Source: Lytechinus pictus (Eukaryota). Taken from it: a DNA stretch of 64,000 nt. The notes under the pieces were generated by a model that saw only the letters and a list, made by a program, of their open reading frames with translations, was not told the DNA's origin and did no database searches. The DNA lies in assembly GCF_037042905.1 (NCBI RefSeq), contig NC_087245.1, positions 7,194,001 to 7,258,000 on the forward strand, written 5' to 3'. Positions within the stretch are counted from its first letter, which is position 1. Each line of letters opens with the position of its first letter. A program made the translations under genes and the position numbers. Below are positions 51,710 through 64,000 of this stretch, piece after piece.

Positions 51710-52657
51710 AGTTGATTTGAATAAAAAGAGAAAAATCCAACAAGCGTAACACTGAAAATTTCATCAAAATCGGTTGTAAAATAAGAAAGTTATGACATTT
51801 TAAAGTTTCGCTTCATTTCACTAAACAGTTATATGCACATCTCGATCGGTATGCAAATGAGGGAACTGATGACATCACTCACTCACTATTTCTTTTGTAT
51901 TTTATTATATGAAATATGAAATATTTTGATTTTCTCGTCATGTGGAATTCCAATATCTTAACATTTTGTGGTTCAGGCAAGGAGGTCTTAAAGAGAAATT
52001 CCAGTAGTTGCAGTAAACACTGATTTCATGAGAAAGTCTGTAAAACAAGGCTTAATTGTCAGTATATCATCGAGGATCTAGATCTGGTACAGTTACATAA
52101 ACTGAACTTTGTGAAATCTTTAAATCTACGCTGAAAAATGTTCAGGCTGAAGATCCCCAACACAGATAAGCGCACGTGGGACAGTGTATAATTATTGCTT
52201 CGAATGTCGGTCCCGACGCTCTACCCGAATCCTGTGCTTATTTGCTGATTTCTCAGCAATTACACAATTTCTTCCAGAATCCTTTGGCACATATGTTTTA
52301 TTTATACAAACAGACACTTTGGTGGTCATTTCATTGGATTCTGTACGAATTACTCATTTTGATATCGTTACCAAAACTAGCATTTACCTTTAATTGTCAA
52401 ATTCGTAAAAATTGAAATATTGTATTATTCAAACAATAAAAAACAAAAAAAATAGTAAGTGAGTGACATCATCGACTCTTTCATTTGGATGTAACTGACT
52501 CGTTCATATAACTATTTTGTGAAAAATAAGCGAAATTTTGAAACGTCATAACTATCTTACTTTACATCCGATTTTGATGAAATTTTCAGCATTGTGCTTG
52601 TCTGATTATTCTCTATTGATTCAAATCAACATTTCTCTGAGGTGGACTTGACCTTTA
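51710..52657. mobile_element. TTAA-type MITE (family of 1075) with a nested TTAA-flanked element at ~51992-52389
   Basis: Ends GGTGGACTTGACCT-TTAA; inner element bounded by TTAA at 51988-51991 and 52390-52393 with imperfect TIRs. Confidence 0.7.
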
Positions 52658-53104
52658 ATTGTGCTATCCTAAAGCCATGTTTCTTCTCGTTTATATGACA
52701 TGGTATTCCAGTCTGATATTTGTTCAAAGAGATTCCATCATCGGATTCGCAATAATTATTTGGAAATGACTCATTATTAAAATCTTCCACAGGATCATTT
52801 TGAGTGATGTCTTCAACGGAATCAATCTGAATGGGTTGTTGATCTAATACTTTAGTGGATTCATTCATTTCTGTTGAACGATCATATACAAGTGATGATT
52901 TTTTTTTTGCTTACTTGCTTGTCAAATTTTAAGTGGACAAATTATCCTTCATTGTTTTTGGTTGAAAAACTTTTTTGGGGCTTGTCAAATTTTCATCGGG
53001 AATATCGTGTACTTTTCTTCGACTTCGCAGACAGTGCAGCAGTTGACTCTTTTGAACACCTCAAAGTTCTCTGCCAGCGCCAGCTGAGATATTCAGGGGC
53101 CAAG

Positions 53105-53370
53105 GAATTAAGACATTGATAGGTACATTGTATGAAGTAACAGTAGCTTAAAGTTTATGCATGATTTGATCGAAAGCCAGTGTAACTGTTTCAGGACAGG
53201 GGTTGTGTGAGAATACTTCTTAGTTTGGGTTATCAATCTTGCAGCAGAGTTCTGTATTACTTGGAGTTTAAATGGCTGAGTATCAGCCATGTTACAAAGC
53301 AAATTATTACAATAATTTAAGTGACATATGTCACGAGAGCCTGAACAAGTTTCTTTGTTGTTTTAGAATA
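53105..53370 (-). mobile_element. L2-like LINE C-terminal fragment
   Basis: KLQVIQNSAARLITQTKKYSHTTPVLKQLHWLSIKSCINFKLLLL matches the LQxxQNxAARL...HxTPxLxxLHWL motif. Confidence 0.85.
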
Positions 53371-53399
53371 ACTTGATTTGAAAAGAAGAACTTCCTTAC

Positions 53400-55450
53400 A
53401 TCAAGCCTTGCATACTGCTTCTCAAGTTTCTGGAAATGGCCTCTAGATAGTCCTCCCTTCCTTACTTCGTACAAGCAGATCTATTCTAGTGTCATAGATA
53501 CCATGCATAAACTTATAAACATCTATATCTCCTCTTCTACGTCTATGTAGAAGAGATGGTAGTTCCAAGTGTTGCAGTTGCTCTGAATAGAACAAGTTCC
53601 TCAGTCGAGGGATTAGCCTGATACTAGCTCTTTGCTGCACACTCTCTAGCCGTTTCTGATCACCTATTCACCAAATTTACAAAAGACCTCATTAAACCCA
53701 GCAATTCATTAGATTTAGAGACAGCTGGTGAGACGTCTTTGAAGATGAGTCGTGCATCAACTAGTACATCCAAGTCCCTCTCTACCTGACTTTCACTAAG
53801 AAGTACAGAGTCATCTTCTTTACCCATGTGATATCCAAGTGCAAACTCCATATATGACCAACTTTCAGAACAGTACACTTGTCTGGGTGGAAGCGCAGTT
53901 GCCATTTCTCAGCCCAGCTTTCTAACAGTGAAAGGTCATTCTGAAGTTGCTGACAAGACCCAGGTAGATCCTAGCGGGCATAAAGCTTTGTATCATCCGC
54001 AAAAAGCTTGATATTTGATTGCACTGTATTGGGAAGATCATTAATGTAGGCCAAGAACACACAGGGACCGAGCACTCTACCCTGAGGAATACAACTTGAG
54101 ACTTCACACCAGTTCGACTCCTGACCATTGACATAAACACGTTGCCATCGCCCAAGAAGAAAGGCCTTAATCCATGCATGGACATGTCCCCGAATACCAT
54201 ATGCCTCTAGCTTTGTCAGTAATCCTCGATGTGGCACTGTATAAAAATCCTTCATAAAATCCATGTAGATGGCATCAATTGTGCCGCCATCATCTAATAC
54301 TCGAGTCCATTCATCAATGACTTCTAAAAGATGTGTGGTACATGACTTAACCCACAACAAATCCATGTTGATGAAGAGAAAAAAGTGCATTTCTATAGAA
54401 ATGTTCCATGAAAACTTTCCTTATCAAAGATTCAAGTACTTTACAGACAATCCATGTCAAACTAACTGGTCCATAATTCGTTTCATGACTTTACCCTCCC
54501 CCCTTCTTAAAAATGGGGGTAACATTTGCAGATATCCAATCTAATGGTAATTTACCTCTCTCTAAGCTTGTCTGGAATATCATAGCTAGTGGATCTGAAA
54601 GTATGTCAGCCAACTCGTGAAGTAAACGAGGGTGTAAATTATCAGGGCCAGGAGATCTGCTTGGCATGAGCTTCCATAGGAGCTCCGAAACGTCACTCGA
54701 TGTGATTTCCAGATTTTCTAAAGCAGAATCCTAGACCACAGCTGGGGAAACAGGCAGGGATTCCACATCTTCCTGAGTGAACACAGAAACGAAAAAATTC
54801 TGTAAAATTTTTGCCTTCTCTTTATCTGAAGTTGTCACATTACCATCTGGTTTGACTAGATTTACAGTTTGCCTGGTGGATGTCTTAGACTTCATGAATG
54901 TCCAGAAAGGTTTAGAGTTGCGTTTTGCTCCCGAAGCAATGCTTTTTTTAAATTTAACTGTATCCCTACATGCAAATTTCGCTTGATTACTGAGCCTGCA
55001 ATACTCGAACGGTCTGATTCACATTTTTTGTGCTGCCACTTTCTGTAGGCCCTGTGTTTCTTTCTCACACATTCCAGTGTCCTAGCATTCATCCAAGGTG
55101 TCTTTCCATTCTTCTATCCTTCTTTGGCGTATATCTTTCAAACAACACAAGTTCTTATCCTTTGAAAAAAAGCCACATCTTTTCGAAAGATATGCCAGAA
55201 ATGTTTTTCTGCCATAGTCATAATCTGCTCTGTTACACAAGGATTTTTGTATTTTCTCTGTGAAGTGGAATCGCCTTTACATTAAAAAAGATAGTACAGT
55301 GGTCACTTTCCAATACCTGCCAAGGTCTGGATATCTGAGATCATATCCTCATTAGTGAAAACCAAGTCAAGAGTGTTAGAACACTGACCAACCCTGTGTC
55401 TTGTTGGCTCATGCTGATGTTACATAAAAAAATGTGTCTCTTGTACTTTC
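53400..55450 (-). mobile_element. Decayed CR1 LINE ORF2 (end of endonuclease, RT, C-terminus)
   Basis: SCTTHLLE...DAIYMDF...VPHRGLLTKLEAYGI...IPQGRVLGP...YINDLP...KLFADDTKLY; ERDLDVLVD; LELPSLLHRRRRGD; SPGPDNLHPRLL near 54625-54655; frameshifted. Confidence 0.95.
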
Positions 55451-56734
55451 AAGAATTTAAACTCTGGAAAGAACCTTTTCTATCAACTAGGAATTGCTGA
55501 ATCAATCAGGTTTCTTGGGTCCTTATATAATTACCAAGTGTATTTCCATGAGGATGACAGGGTCAAAGTTCATCTAGGGGTTAAAAGGTCAAATGATATG
55601 AGGTCACTTCCGTTCTTTTTTTGTTCAACTTGCTCTCAATTTTAATCACACTTGGTTCAAAAGAACCTTGGGTAATAAAGCATGTGTATTGTTAAGGATG
55701 GTGGGTCACGTAGGTCATGTAGGGTTAAAAAGATAACATTTTTGTTCAACTTGCTGTCGTTTGTTTATTTTCTTCATCAATTCTGTGTACACTTGGTACA
55801 AATGATCCTTGGGAATTGTGTTTTCATGAGAATAATTAGGTCAGTTTATAAGGCAGTTGCCAAATCTCTTGGATAACCTGGTGAAATGATTTAGGAATAC
55901 ATCGAGCATACCTCAAAAGAAAGAGAATGACTCGATGAAACTAAGTTTTAAAATTAGATCACCGCAGCTTCACAAAGTCGGCCATTGTAATACTGACTGT
56001 AGGCTCAAACATGATAGCTGGCGCTGTCCGTAATAGCAAGACATGTGTTGTTTCCCCACCCCCCCCCCCCCAAGAGAAAAAGAGAACATGATAAAATGGT
56101 TGCCCTGTGCAGCCCTGATTTACTGGAAAATTATCCTGTCTAAGTTCTTTCGTTAATTTTGGTAAGATATTTTCATTAAAATGTGGTTGTAGGTACACTA
56201 TATTGGAAAATGTATGCAATTAAAATGAGTTTGCGTAGGAATTTTGATTTTTAGATTGGAATCTCATTTCCCCACGTACTAGATTGAAAAGGAAAAAAAA
56301 TCTTGGCAAGTGTGCATTCAGATAATAGAAAGGTCGGGATAAGGGGAGGCCTGAAAAGAGAGGTCGGACTGTATAAATTCTCAAGTTAATTTCATTGAAA
56401 AAATGGATTAGCAAATATGTTTGCTAACTCATGTAGGATTTTGACATCAATGGCATCTGGTTTCATTGCAGTCTTGCCTTACTTTGGCACAAGTCCAAAC
56501 ATACATCACTGCAATAAATACATGTACCTACTGATTATTCAAGCATGAAGACTTATATTATTTTGGTATTTTGGTATTTGGTATCAAATTATTTTGTAGA
56601 AGATACTCTTCCCAGACATCTATAATAATTATGCATTTATGACACATTTTTCCTTAAATTGGGGATTTGTGAGGTGTCAAGTTACGAAAGATAAAAATTC
56701 AGAATGAATAGCAAGGAACTTGTTTTCTTCTCAG

Positions 56735-56977
56735 ACAATGAGAATCCAGTCATCAATGGATGTCCAAGTAATCAAGATGTCAACACAGACAGTGGTAATG
56801 CTGCAGCTTTAGTAACCTGGACACCACCTACAGCAACAGATAATTCTGGTACTCAGACTCTGACATCCACTGCCAATCCTATGGATCGCTTTCCTCTTGG
56901 AAACAACACAGTGAATTACACATCAATAGATGCTGCTGGAAATACAGATACATGTACTTTCTACATTTCTGTTACTG
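56735..56977 (+). CDS. HYR domain exon 2
   Basis: ttctcag|AC AAT GAG...ACT G|gtaagt; 243 nt, phase 1-1; NENPVINGCPSNQDVNTDSGNAAALVTWTPPTATDNSG...FPLGNNTVNYTSIDAAGNTDTCTFYISVT. Confidence 0.92.
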
Positions 56978-57244
56978 GTAAGTGTTCTTGAAAGAAACTT
57001 CTATCAACTGGGAATTACTGCTGACCTTCTGAATAATTGAAATAATTTCATTTTGTCAAAGATATGTTCAAGAAATTCATCCAGTATGAAAATAGATTTC
57101 AGCTTCAGATGTTTGTCATTGAATAGGTCACAATCTTAGTCACTTTTTTGCCTTCTCTTCGGAAAGCAACAGTTTGTGTTTTACAGTTTACGAAATGAGA
57201 AATTAAGAATAAATACTGAGGAACTTTTCTTGTTTTCTTCTCAG

Positions 57245-57487
57245 ACAATGAGAATCCAGTCATCAATGGATGTCCAAGTAATCAAGATGTCAACACAGAC
57301 AATGGTAATGCTGCAGCTTTAGTAACCTGGACACCACCTACAGCAACAGATAATTCTGGTACTCAGACTCTGACATCCACTGCCAATCCTATGGATCGCT
57401 TTCCTCTTGGAAACAACACAGTGAATTACACATCAATAGATGCTGCTGGAAATACAGATACATGTACTTTCTACATTTCTGTTACTG
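57245..57487 (+). CDS. HYR domain exon 3
   Basis: Copy of exon 2 at +510 bp; open frame; AG/GT intact. Confidence 0.9.
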
Positions 57488-57754
57488 GTAAGTGTTCTTG
57501 AAAGAAACTTCTATCAACTGGGAATTACTGCTGACCTTCTGAATAATTGAAATCATTTCATTTTGTCAAAGATATGTTCAAGAAATTCATCCAGTATGAA
57601 AATAGATTTCAGCTTCAGATGTTTGTCATTGAATAGGTCACAATCTTAGTCACTTTTTTGCCTTCTCTTCAGAAAGCAACAGTTTGTGTTTTACAGTTTA
57701 CGAAATGAGAAATTAAGAATAAATACTGAGGAACTTTTCTTGTTTTCTTCTCAG

Positions 57755-57997
57755 ACAATGAGAATCCAGTTTTCATTGGATGTCCAAGTAATCAAGATGT
57801 CAACACAGACAGTGGTAATGCTACAGCTTTAGTAACCTGGACAGGAGCTAAAGTAACAGATAATTCTGGTACTCAGACTCTGACATCCACTGCCAATCCT
57901 GGAGATTACTTTCCTCTTGGAAAAAACACAGTGAATTACACATCAATAGATGCTGCTGGAAATACAGATACATGTACTTTCTACATATCTGTTACTG
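57755..57997 (+). CDS. HYR domain exon 4
   Basis: 243 nt, AG/GT intact; variant PVFIGC...WTGAKVTD...PGDYFPLGKNT. Confidence 0.9.
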
Positions 57998-58601
57998 GTA
58001 AGTAATCTTCAAAGATCCTTTCCTATCGACTAGGAATTGCTAAACTATGTTTCTTGGGTCCTTCGATAATACCACATGTATGTCCTGAGGATGACAGGGT
58101 CAAAGGTCATCTATGGGTTGAAAGGTCAAATGATATCAGGTCGCTTCTATCCTTTTAAATAGTTTTTGTTCCTCAATTATTATTTTATTCTGCATCAATT
58201 TAATCACACGTGGTTCAAAAGAACAATTGTTAATACGGCATGTGTATGGTTGAGGACGATGGTCATTTAGGGTTCAAAAGGTAAAGTTTTTGTTCAACTT
58301 TCTCTCATTTCTTTATTTTCTCCATCATTCTGTTTACACTTGGTACAAATGATTGTTGGGTATTACCACATGCATTTTCATGAGGATAATAAGGTCAAAG
58401 GTCATCTAGAGGTCAAAATATCATATTACATATTTTATTGATCCTGAAATTAAGCAAGACTTTTGGTTCACAAACCACCTTGTATATTTTACTGAAGATG
58501 AATGAATACCAAGGAACTTGTTCATGGTGTTACCGCAAAACTCTCCATTCAGTCTTGCCACCATGCAAATCTTCAAAGCTGACATCTTGTTCTCTTATCA
58601 G

Positions 58602-58844
58602 ACAATGAAAATCCAGTTATCAGTGGATGTCCAAGTAATCAAGATGTCAACACAGACAGTGGTAATGCTACAGCTTTAGTAACCTGGACACCACCTACAG
58701 CAACAGATAACTCCGGTAACCAGACACTGACATCCACTGCCAGTCCTGGAGATTACTTTCCTATTGGAAACAACTCGGTGACTTACACATCAACAGATGC
58801 TGCTGGAAATTCAGATACATGTACTTTCTACACATCTGTTACTG
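58602..58844 (+). CDS. HYR domain exon 5
   Basis: ttatcag|AC AAT GAA...ACT G|gtaagc; 243 nt, open frame. Confidence 0.9.
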
Positions 58845-59454
58845 GTAAGCAATCTTGAAAGGAAATACAGCCATATGTGTTTTCTATATCATAGTGTGCC
58901 TTCTCCACTATTCCTTCCTGCATGTTTTCCTTTATTATCAAACTATCCTAATTTTATATGCAATATGTGGTATCAATGACCAGGAGATCATTTCATTAAC
59001 TTCTGTCATTTTACAAGGTGACATCCCTACCTTGCCATGACTTTAATTGCATGAGAAACACGGATGTCTGTTACTATGGGAACTGTCAATTGTAGAGGAA
59101 TAAGACATTCCCCTGTTATTTAAAGGTCCTTGCTTTTAAGGTCAGATAAGCCATTATGGTTAGGCAAAAGAATAATTTAAATACTTATTCATCTTTATAC
59201 TAGAGAAAGCTCATGAATTAATGATCAAATCAGCCATTTTAAATAATTGAAATCATTTCATTTTGTCAAAGATATGTTCAAGAAATTCATCCAGTATGAA
59301 AATAGATTTCAGCTTCAGATGTTTGTCATTGAATAGGTCACAATCTTAGTCACTTTTTTGCCTTCTCTTCGGAAAGCAACAGTTTGTGTTTTACAGTTTA
59401 CGAAATGAGAAATTAAGAATAAATACTGAGGAACTTTTCTTGTTTTCTTCTCAG

Positions 59455-59697
59455 ACAATGAGAATCCAGTCATCAATGGATGTCCAAGTAATCAAGATGT
59501 CAACACAGACAATGGTAATGCTGCAGCTTTAGTAACCTGGACACCACCTACAGCAACAGATAATTCTGGTACTCAGACTCTGACATCCACTGCCAATCCT
59601 ATGGATCGCTTTCCTCTTGGAAACAACACAGTGAATTACACATCAATAGATGCTGCTGGAAATACAGATACATGTACTTTCTACATTTCTGTTACTG
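59455..59697 (+). CDS. HYR domain exon 6
   Basis: Copy of exon 3 at +2210 bp. Confidence 0.88.
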
Positions 59698-59964
59698 GTA
59701 AGTGTTCTTGAAAGAAACTTCTATCAACTGGGAATTACTGCTGACCTTCTGAATAATTGAAATCATTTCATTTTGTCAAAGATATGTTCAAGAAATTCAT
59801 CCAGTATGAAAATAGATTTCAGCTTCAGATGTTTGTCATTGAATAGGTCACAATCTTAGTCACTTTTTTGCCTTCTCTTCAGAAAGCAACGGTTTGTGTT
59901 TTACAGTTTACGAAATGAGAAATTAAGAATAAATACTGAGGAACTTTTCTTGTTTTCTTCTCAG

Positions 59965-60207
59965 ACAATGAGAATCCAGTTTTCATTGGATGTCCAAGTA
60001 ATCAAGATGTCAACACAGACAGTGGTAATGCTACAGCTTTAGTAACCTGGACAGGACCTAAAGTAACAGATAATTCTGGTACTCAGACTCTGACATCCAC
60101 TGCCAATCCTGGAGATTACTTTCCTCTTGGAAACAACACAGTGAATTACACATCAATAGATGCTGCTGGAAATACAGATACATGTACTTTCTACATATCT
60201 GTTACTG
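59965..60207 (+). CDS. HYR domain exon 7
   Basis: Copy of exon 4 at +2210 bp with two substitutions seen. Confidence 0.88.
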
Positions 60208-60811
60208 GTAAGTAATCTTCAAAGATCCTTTCCTATCGACTAGGAATTGCTAAACTATGTTTCTTGGGTCCTTCGATAATACCACATGTATGTCCTGAGG
60301 ATGACAGGGTCAAAGGTCATCTATGGGTTGAAAGGTCAAATGATATCAGGTCGCTTCTATCCTTTTAAATAGTTTTTGTTCCTCAATTATTATTTTATTC
60401 TGCATCAATTTAATCACACGTGGTTCAAAAGAACAATTGTTAATACGGCATGTGTATGGTTGAGGACGATGGTCATTTAGGGTTCAAAAGGTAAAGTTTT
60501 TGTTCAACTTTCTCTCATTTCTTTATTTTCTCCATCATTCTGTTTACACTTGGTACAAATGATTGTTGGGTATTACCACATGCATTTTCATGAGGATAAT
60601 AAGGTCAAAGGTCATCTAGAGGTCAAAATATCATATTACATATTTTATTGATCCTGAAATTAAGCAAGACTTTTGGTTCACAAACCACCTTGTATATTTT
60701 ACTGAAGATGAATGAATACCAAGGAACTTGTTCATGGTGTTACCGCAAAACTCTCCATTCAGTCTTGCCACCATGCAAATCTTCAAAGCTGACATCTTGT
60801 TCTCTTATCAG

Positions 60812-61054
60812 ACAATGAAAATCCAGTTATCAGTGGATGTCCAAGTAATCAAGATGTCAACACAGACAGTGGTAATGCTACAGCTTTAGTAACCTGGACA
60901 CCACCTACAGCAACAGATAACTCCGGTAACCAGACACTGACATCCACTGCCAGTCCTGGAGATTACTTTCCTATTGGAAACAACTCGGTGACTTACACAT
61001 CAACAGATGCTGCTGGAAATTCAGATACATGTACTTTCTACACATCTGTTACTG
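60812..61054 (+). CDS. HYR domain exon 8
   Basis: Copy of exon 5 at +2210 bp. Confidence 0.88.
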
Positions 61055-61958
61055 GTAAGCAATCTTGAAAGGAAATACAGCCATATGTGTTTTCTATATC
61101 ATAGTGTGCCTTCTCCACTATTCCTTCCTGCATGTTTTCCTTTATTATCAAACTATCCTAATTTTATATGCAATATGTGGTATCAATGACCAGGAGATCA
61201 TTTCATTAACTTCTGTCATTTTACAAGGTGACATCCCTACCTTGCCATGACTTTAATTGCATGAGAAACACGGATGTCTGTTACTATGGGAACTGTCAAT
61301 TGTAGAGGAATAAGACATTCCCCTGTTATTTAAAGGTCCTTGCTTTTAAGGTCAGATAAGCCATTATGGTTAGGCAAAAGAATAATTTTAATACTTATTC
61401 ATCTTTATACTAGAGAAAGCTCATGAATTCATGATCACATCAGCCATTTTACCCAGATAAAAACTGATGCAATCTGCATTCACCTTTGCAAGGGTTATTT
61501 ATACATCGGTCATTTTTAAGTAAAAATCATTTTCAGTCTATGCTCATCATTGCAGTGCAGATAGCTCAATAATTCATGATCATAAAATCATATTTTCATG
61601 TTATATAGGTCATTAGATTTAAACAAACATTTGAAATTTGTTCGGATGTCGGCCACATTTCCTTATCCTTCATGAAAATTGATATTAATTTCAGTCCATA
61701 GGTTATATAAGGAATTCCATGATGATGTTGATAGTTATAACAATAATGATGATAATGCTAATATTATTAATATTGATAATAATGATATAGTGACAATGTT
61801 TATGATGAAGATGATGATGGTGATAATAAATGTCATTATATTGGCAATCTTTTTAATATGTCAGGTAAAAGCAATAATGAAACACCTTCCAATGAGGAAA
61901 TAGACAATGTTAACACAATCATGAATTTCTTATGCTTGTTTCTTTTTATTTGCTATAG

Positions 61959-62201
61959 ATAACGAAGCCCCAGTTTTGACCGGATGCTTCACATTACTCA
62001 CTCAAAACACCCTTCCAAGTGTAGCATTTGCTCTGGTGTTTTGGGTTGACCCAAAAGCAACAGACAACTCTGGATCAGTTAATGTAACAGGAACCAGTAC
62101 TTCAGGTGACCAGTTTCCTATCGGTGAAACTATGGTCACATACGTAGCCCAAGATGATGCTGGCAATACTGACAAGTGCACGATTAGGATTGAAGTATTG
62201 G
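61959..62201 (+). CDS. HYR domain exon 9 (diverged)
   Basis: tgctatag|AT AAC GAA GCC CCA...TTG G|gtgagt; 243 nt; NEAPVLTGC...FWVDPKATDNSG...GDQFPIGETMVTYVAQDDAGNTDKCTIRIEVL. Confidence 0.9.
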
Positions 62202-62684
62202 GTGAGTGACAAAACTGTGATAGAACTATAGTTTTATGATGATGCATCAGGGCCCTGGCTCATGTAACATAGCGAAGAATAGGACTGATTTTTACGATTG
62301 ATCATACACAATCGATGCAATCAATCATAGAAATTTGCCGCGTGATCAATCGCTGACTAAATGTTTTATGTTCCAGAGACACAAAGTCTGTAGGCTGTTG
62401 TCAGATACTATTTTTATCCCGGGATTCTGGCTTGTCAGTACACAATGTATGCACTCTCTCCACTCCCTTGGAGCTTTCTAGGAATAGCTCACTTTATTGG
62501 CTTTTTGGGGTACCCCTCTCCATGGATCAGATAAAGCACAGTTTTTTTTTTTTTTTTTTTTTTTTATACCTCAGAAATTTTTGGAGGGAGTTATTTTTTC
62601 AATGTGTGGCATGGATTTTGTATATCCTTGTGGTTACTTTATGTAAGGAATATTAATTGAGAAGCATTTCCTATTCTTTAACAG

Positions 62685-62933
62685 ATGTGGAAGATCCTGT
62701 CCTCATGGGCTGTCCATCATCCGATTATGTTGTAAATACCACTGCTGGATTGCAAGTGGCGGAGGTCAATTATCCTGTTCCAACAGCTTCAGATAATTCA
62801 GGGCCAATTACAGCCAATTTGACTGCAGGTCTAGCTCCGGGAAACTTTTCAATTGGTGAAACATTAGTCATGTATACTGCTTCAGATCCATCGGGTAACA
62901 GCGTATCATGCTCCTTTTTTGTCAACGTGTCTG
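62685..62933 (+). CDS. HYR domain exon 10 (diverged)
   Basis: ttaacag|AT GTG GAA GAT CCT...TCT G|gtaagt; 249 nt; VEDPVLMGCPSS...YPVPTASDNSG...FSIGETLVMYTASDPSGNSVSCSFFVNVS. Confidence 0.9.
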
Positions 62934-64000
62934 GTAAGTCTGACCTGTTCTTCTCTCTCTCTCTCATTTTGAAACGATTAATATTCTATCTTGTAGATTG
63001 ATTTATAAGAATGTTCTCTTTTTCCTTTGTACGGATACTTTCACGGCCCTATTTTTGGGTCCTGAAAGAAAAGAGTGATAGACTTGTACATGTATGTGGA
63101 TACTCAGTACATCGAAGCCCTCACACTTTGAGTAAAATTTATGAATAATTTGATTAATGAGCAACTTTCAGTTCCAATAAACAAAAATGTATTGTATAAA
63201 GCCAATGTCAGTGTACACAAAAATTGATATAATTAGTTTCAATCTTTATACAAACATTGAGATGTCAGAAAATCAATATTGATCGATTCCTAAAGTTTTA
63301 TAAACCTAATCGAATTTTGAATATTCAGGTGTATTTTAGAAAATGATTGCTTTGAATTAAAGAGAACTTGGAGCATTTACTGACTCAATAAAACACTCAC
63401 ACTCAATCACCCTCAGTCATGCATATACACGAAACATGATTGACAGCTCACAGTTGTATGGGGCCCTTGAAATATGATGGATATTTTCATATACTCTTTT
63501 AAGACATTTACAATAAAAATCAATCAATGATTAATGAGTGATTTTTTATAAAATAAATATTTTTATCGCCTTGTGTAATCATTCCTTAAGAATTCAATAA
63601 TTAATTACAACCTCACCTAATTTTCAGTTAAAATCTGTATTATGCCCAATTTAAAAATAATTCAATAATTGATGCTTACCACCAAAGTGACTTCAAATAC
63701 ATCAAAAGGACAACTCCTCTACTCTTCTGATAAATTAATTTACAATCTTTATCCAAATAGTTGATGACCTCACAAAAGTGAGGAAGATTTGATGACTTAA
63801 AAGTTGAAGATAAAGTAAATCATGAAATATCAAAATGGCGACTGGCAGGAAACCCAGATGAATGAAAGGAAAAAAACGTAAAACATACTTCTTGCTTGTA
63901 CACTACTATTCAATACACCATGCCCGACCTGTCAGCTCGGGTGTGGCACCTACATTTATGCCAAAAACATTACCATAGCGATGAGCACTAAGAAAGAAAA

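Larger units (their letters stand above)
57032..61451 (+). repeat. Near-perfect tandem duplication of a 2210-bp unit (three HYR exons plus introns)
   Basis: Exon starts 57245/59455, 57755/59965 and 58602/60812 are all offset by 2210; introns almost identical. Confidence 0.95.

Noticed and set aside
58797..59040. Duplicated ORFs 58797/58855 and 61007/61065
   Set aside because: Out-of-frame read-through from HYR exons into introns, repeated only because of the 2210-bp duplication.

Overview
This is AT-rich, repeat-dense eukaryotic (animal) genomic DNA. HYR/hyalin-repeat exons and the repeat landscape suggest an echinoderm such as a sea urchin, but that is inference. There are no prokaryotic operons, CRISPR arrays, rRNA or credible tRNA genes, and most entries in the ORF track are spurious. 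Real host coding sequence comprises (1) ten phase-1, one-domain-per-exon HYR exons on the + strand (42276-62933), seven of them in a very recent 510-bp/2210-bp tandem and higher-order duplication, and (2) one 36-nt Gly-X-Y collagen-type micro-exon on the - strand (10926-10961) that the ORF track misses. The remainder is largely transposon material: decayed CR1/L2-group LINEs, two tRNA-derived SINEs, hAT-like elements with 8-bp TSDs, TA- and TTAA-flanked MITEs, Helentron/HINE-like elements with internal tandem arrays, and two multi-kb fold-back elements carrying nested insertions. I see no evidence of a wholly new biological system. The best leads are the expanding HYR exon array, the hidden collagen exon, the nested fold-back elements and the phased GCGAAGC mini-hairpin arrays.
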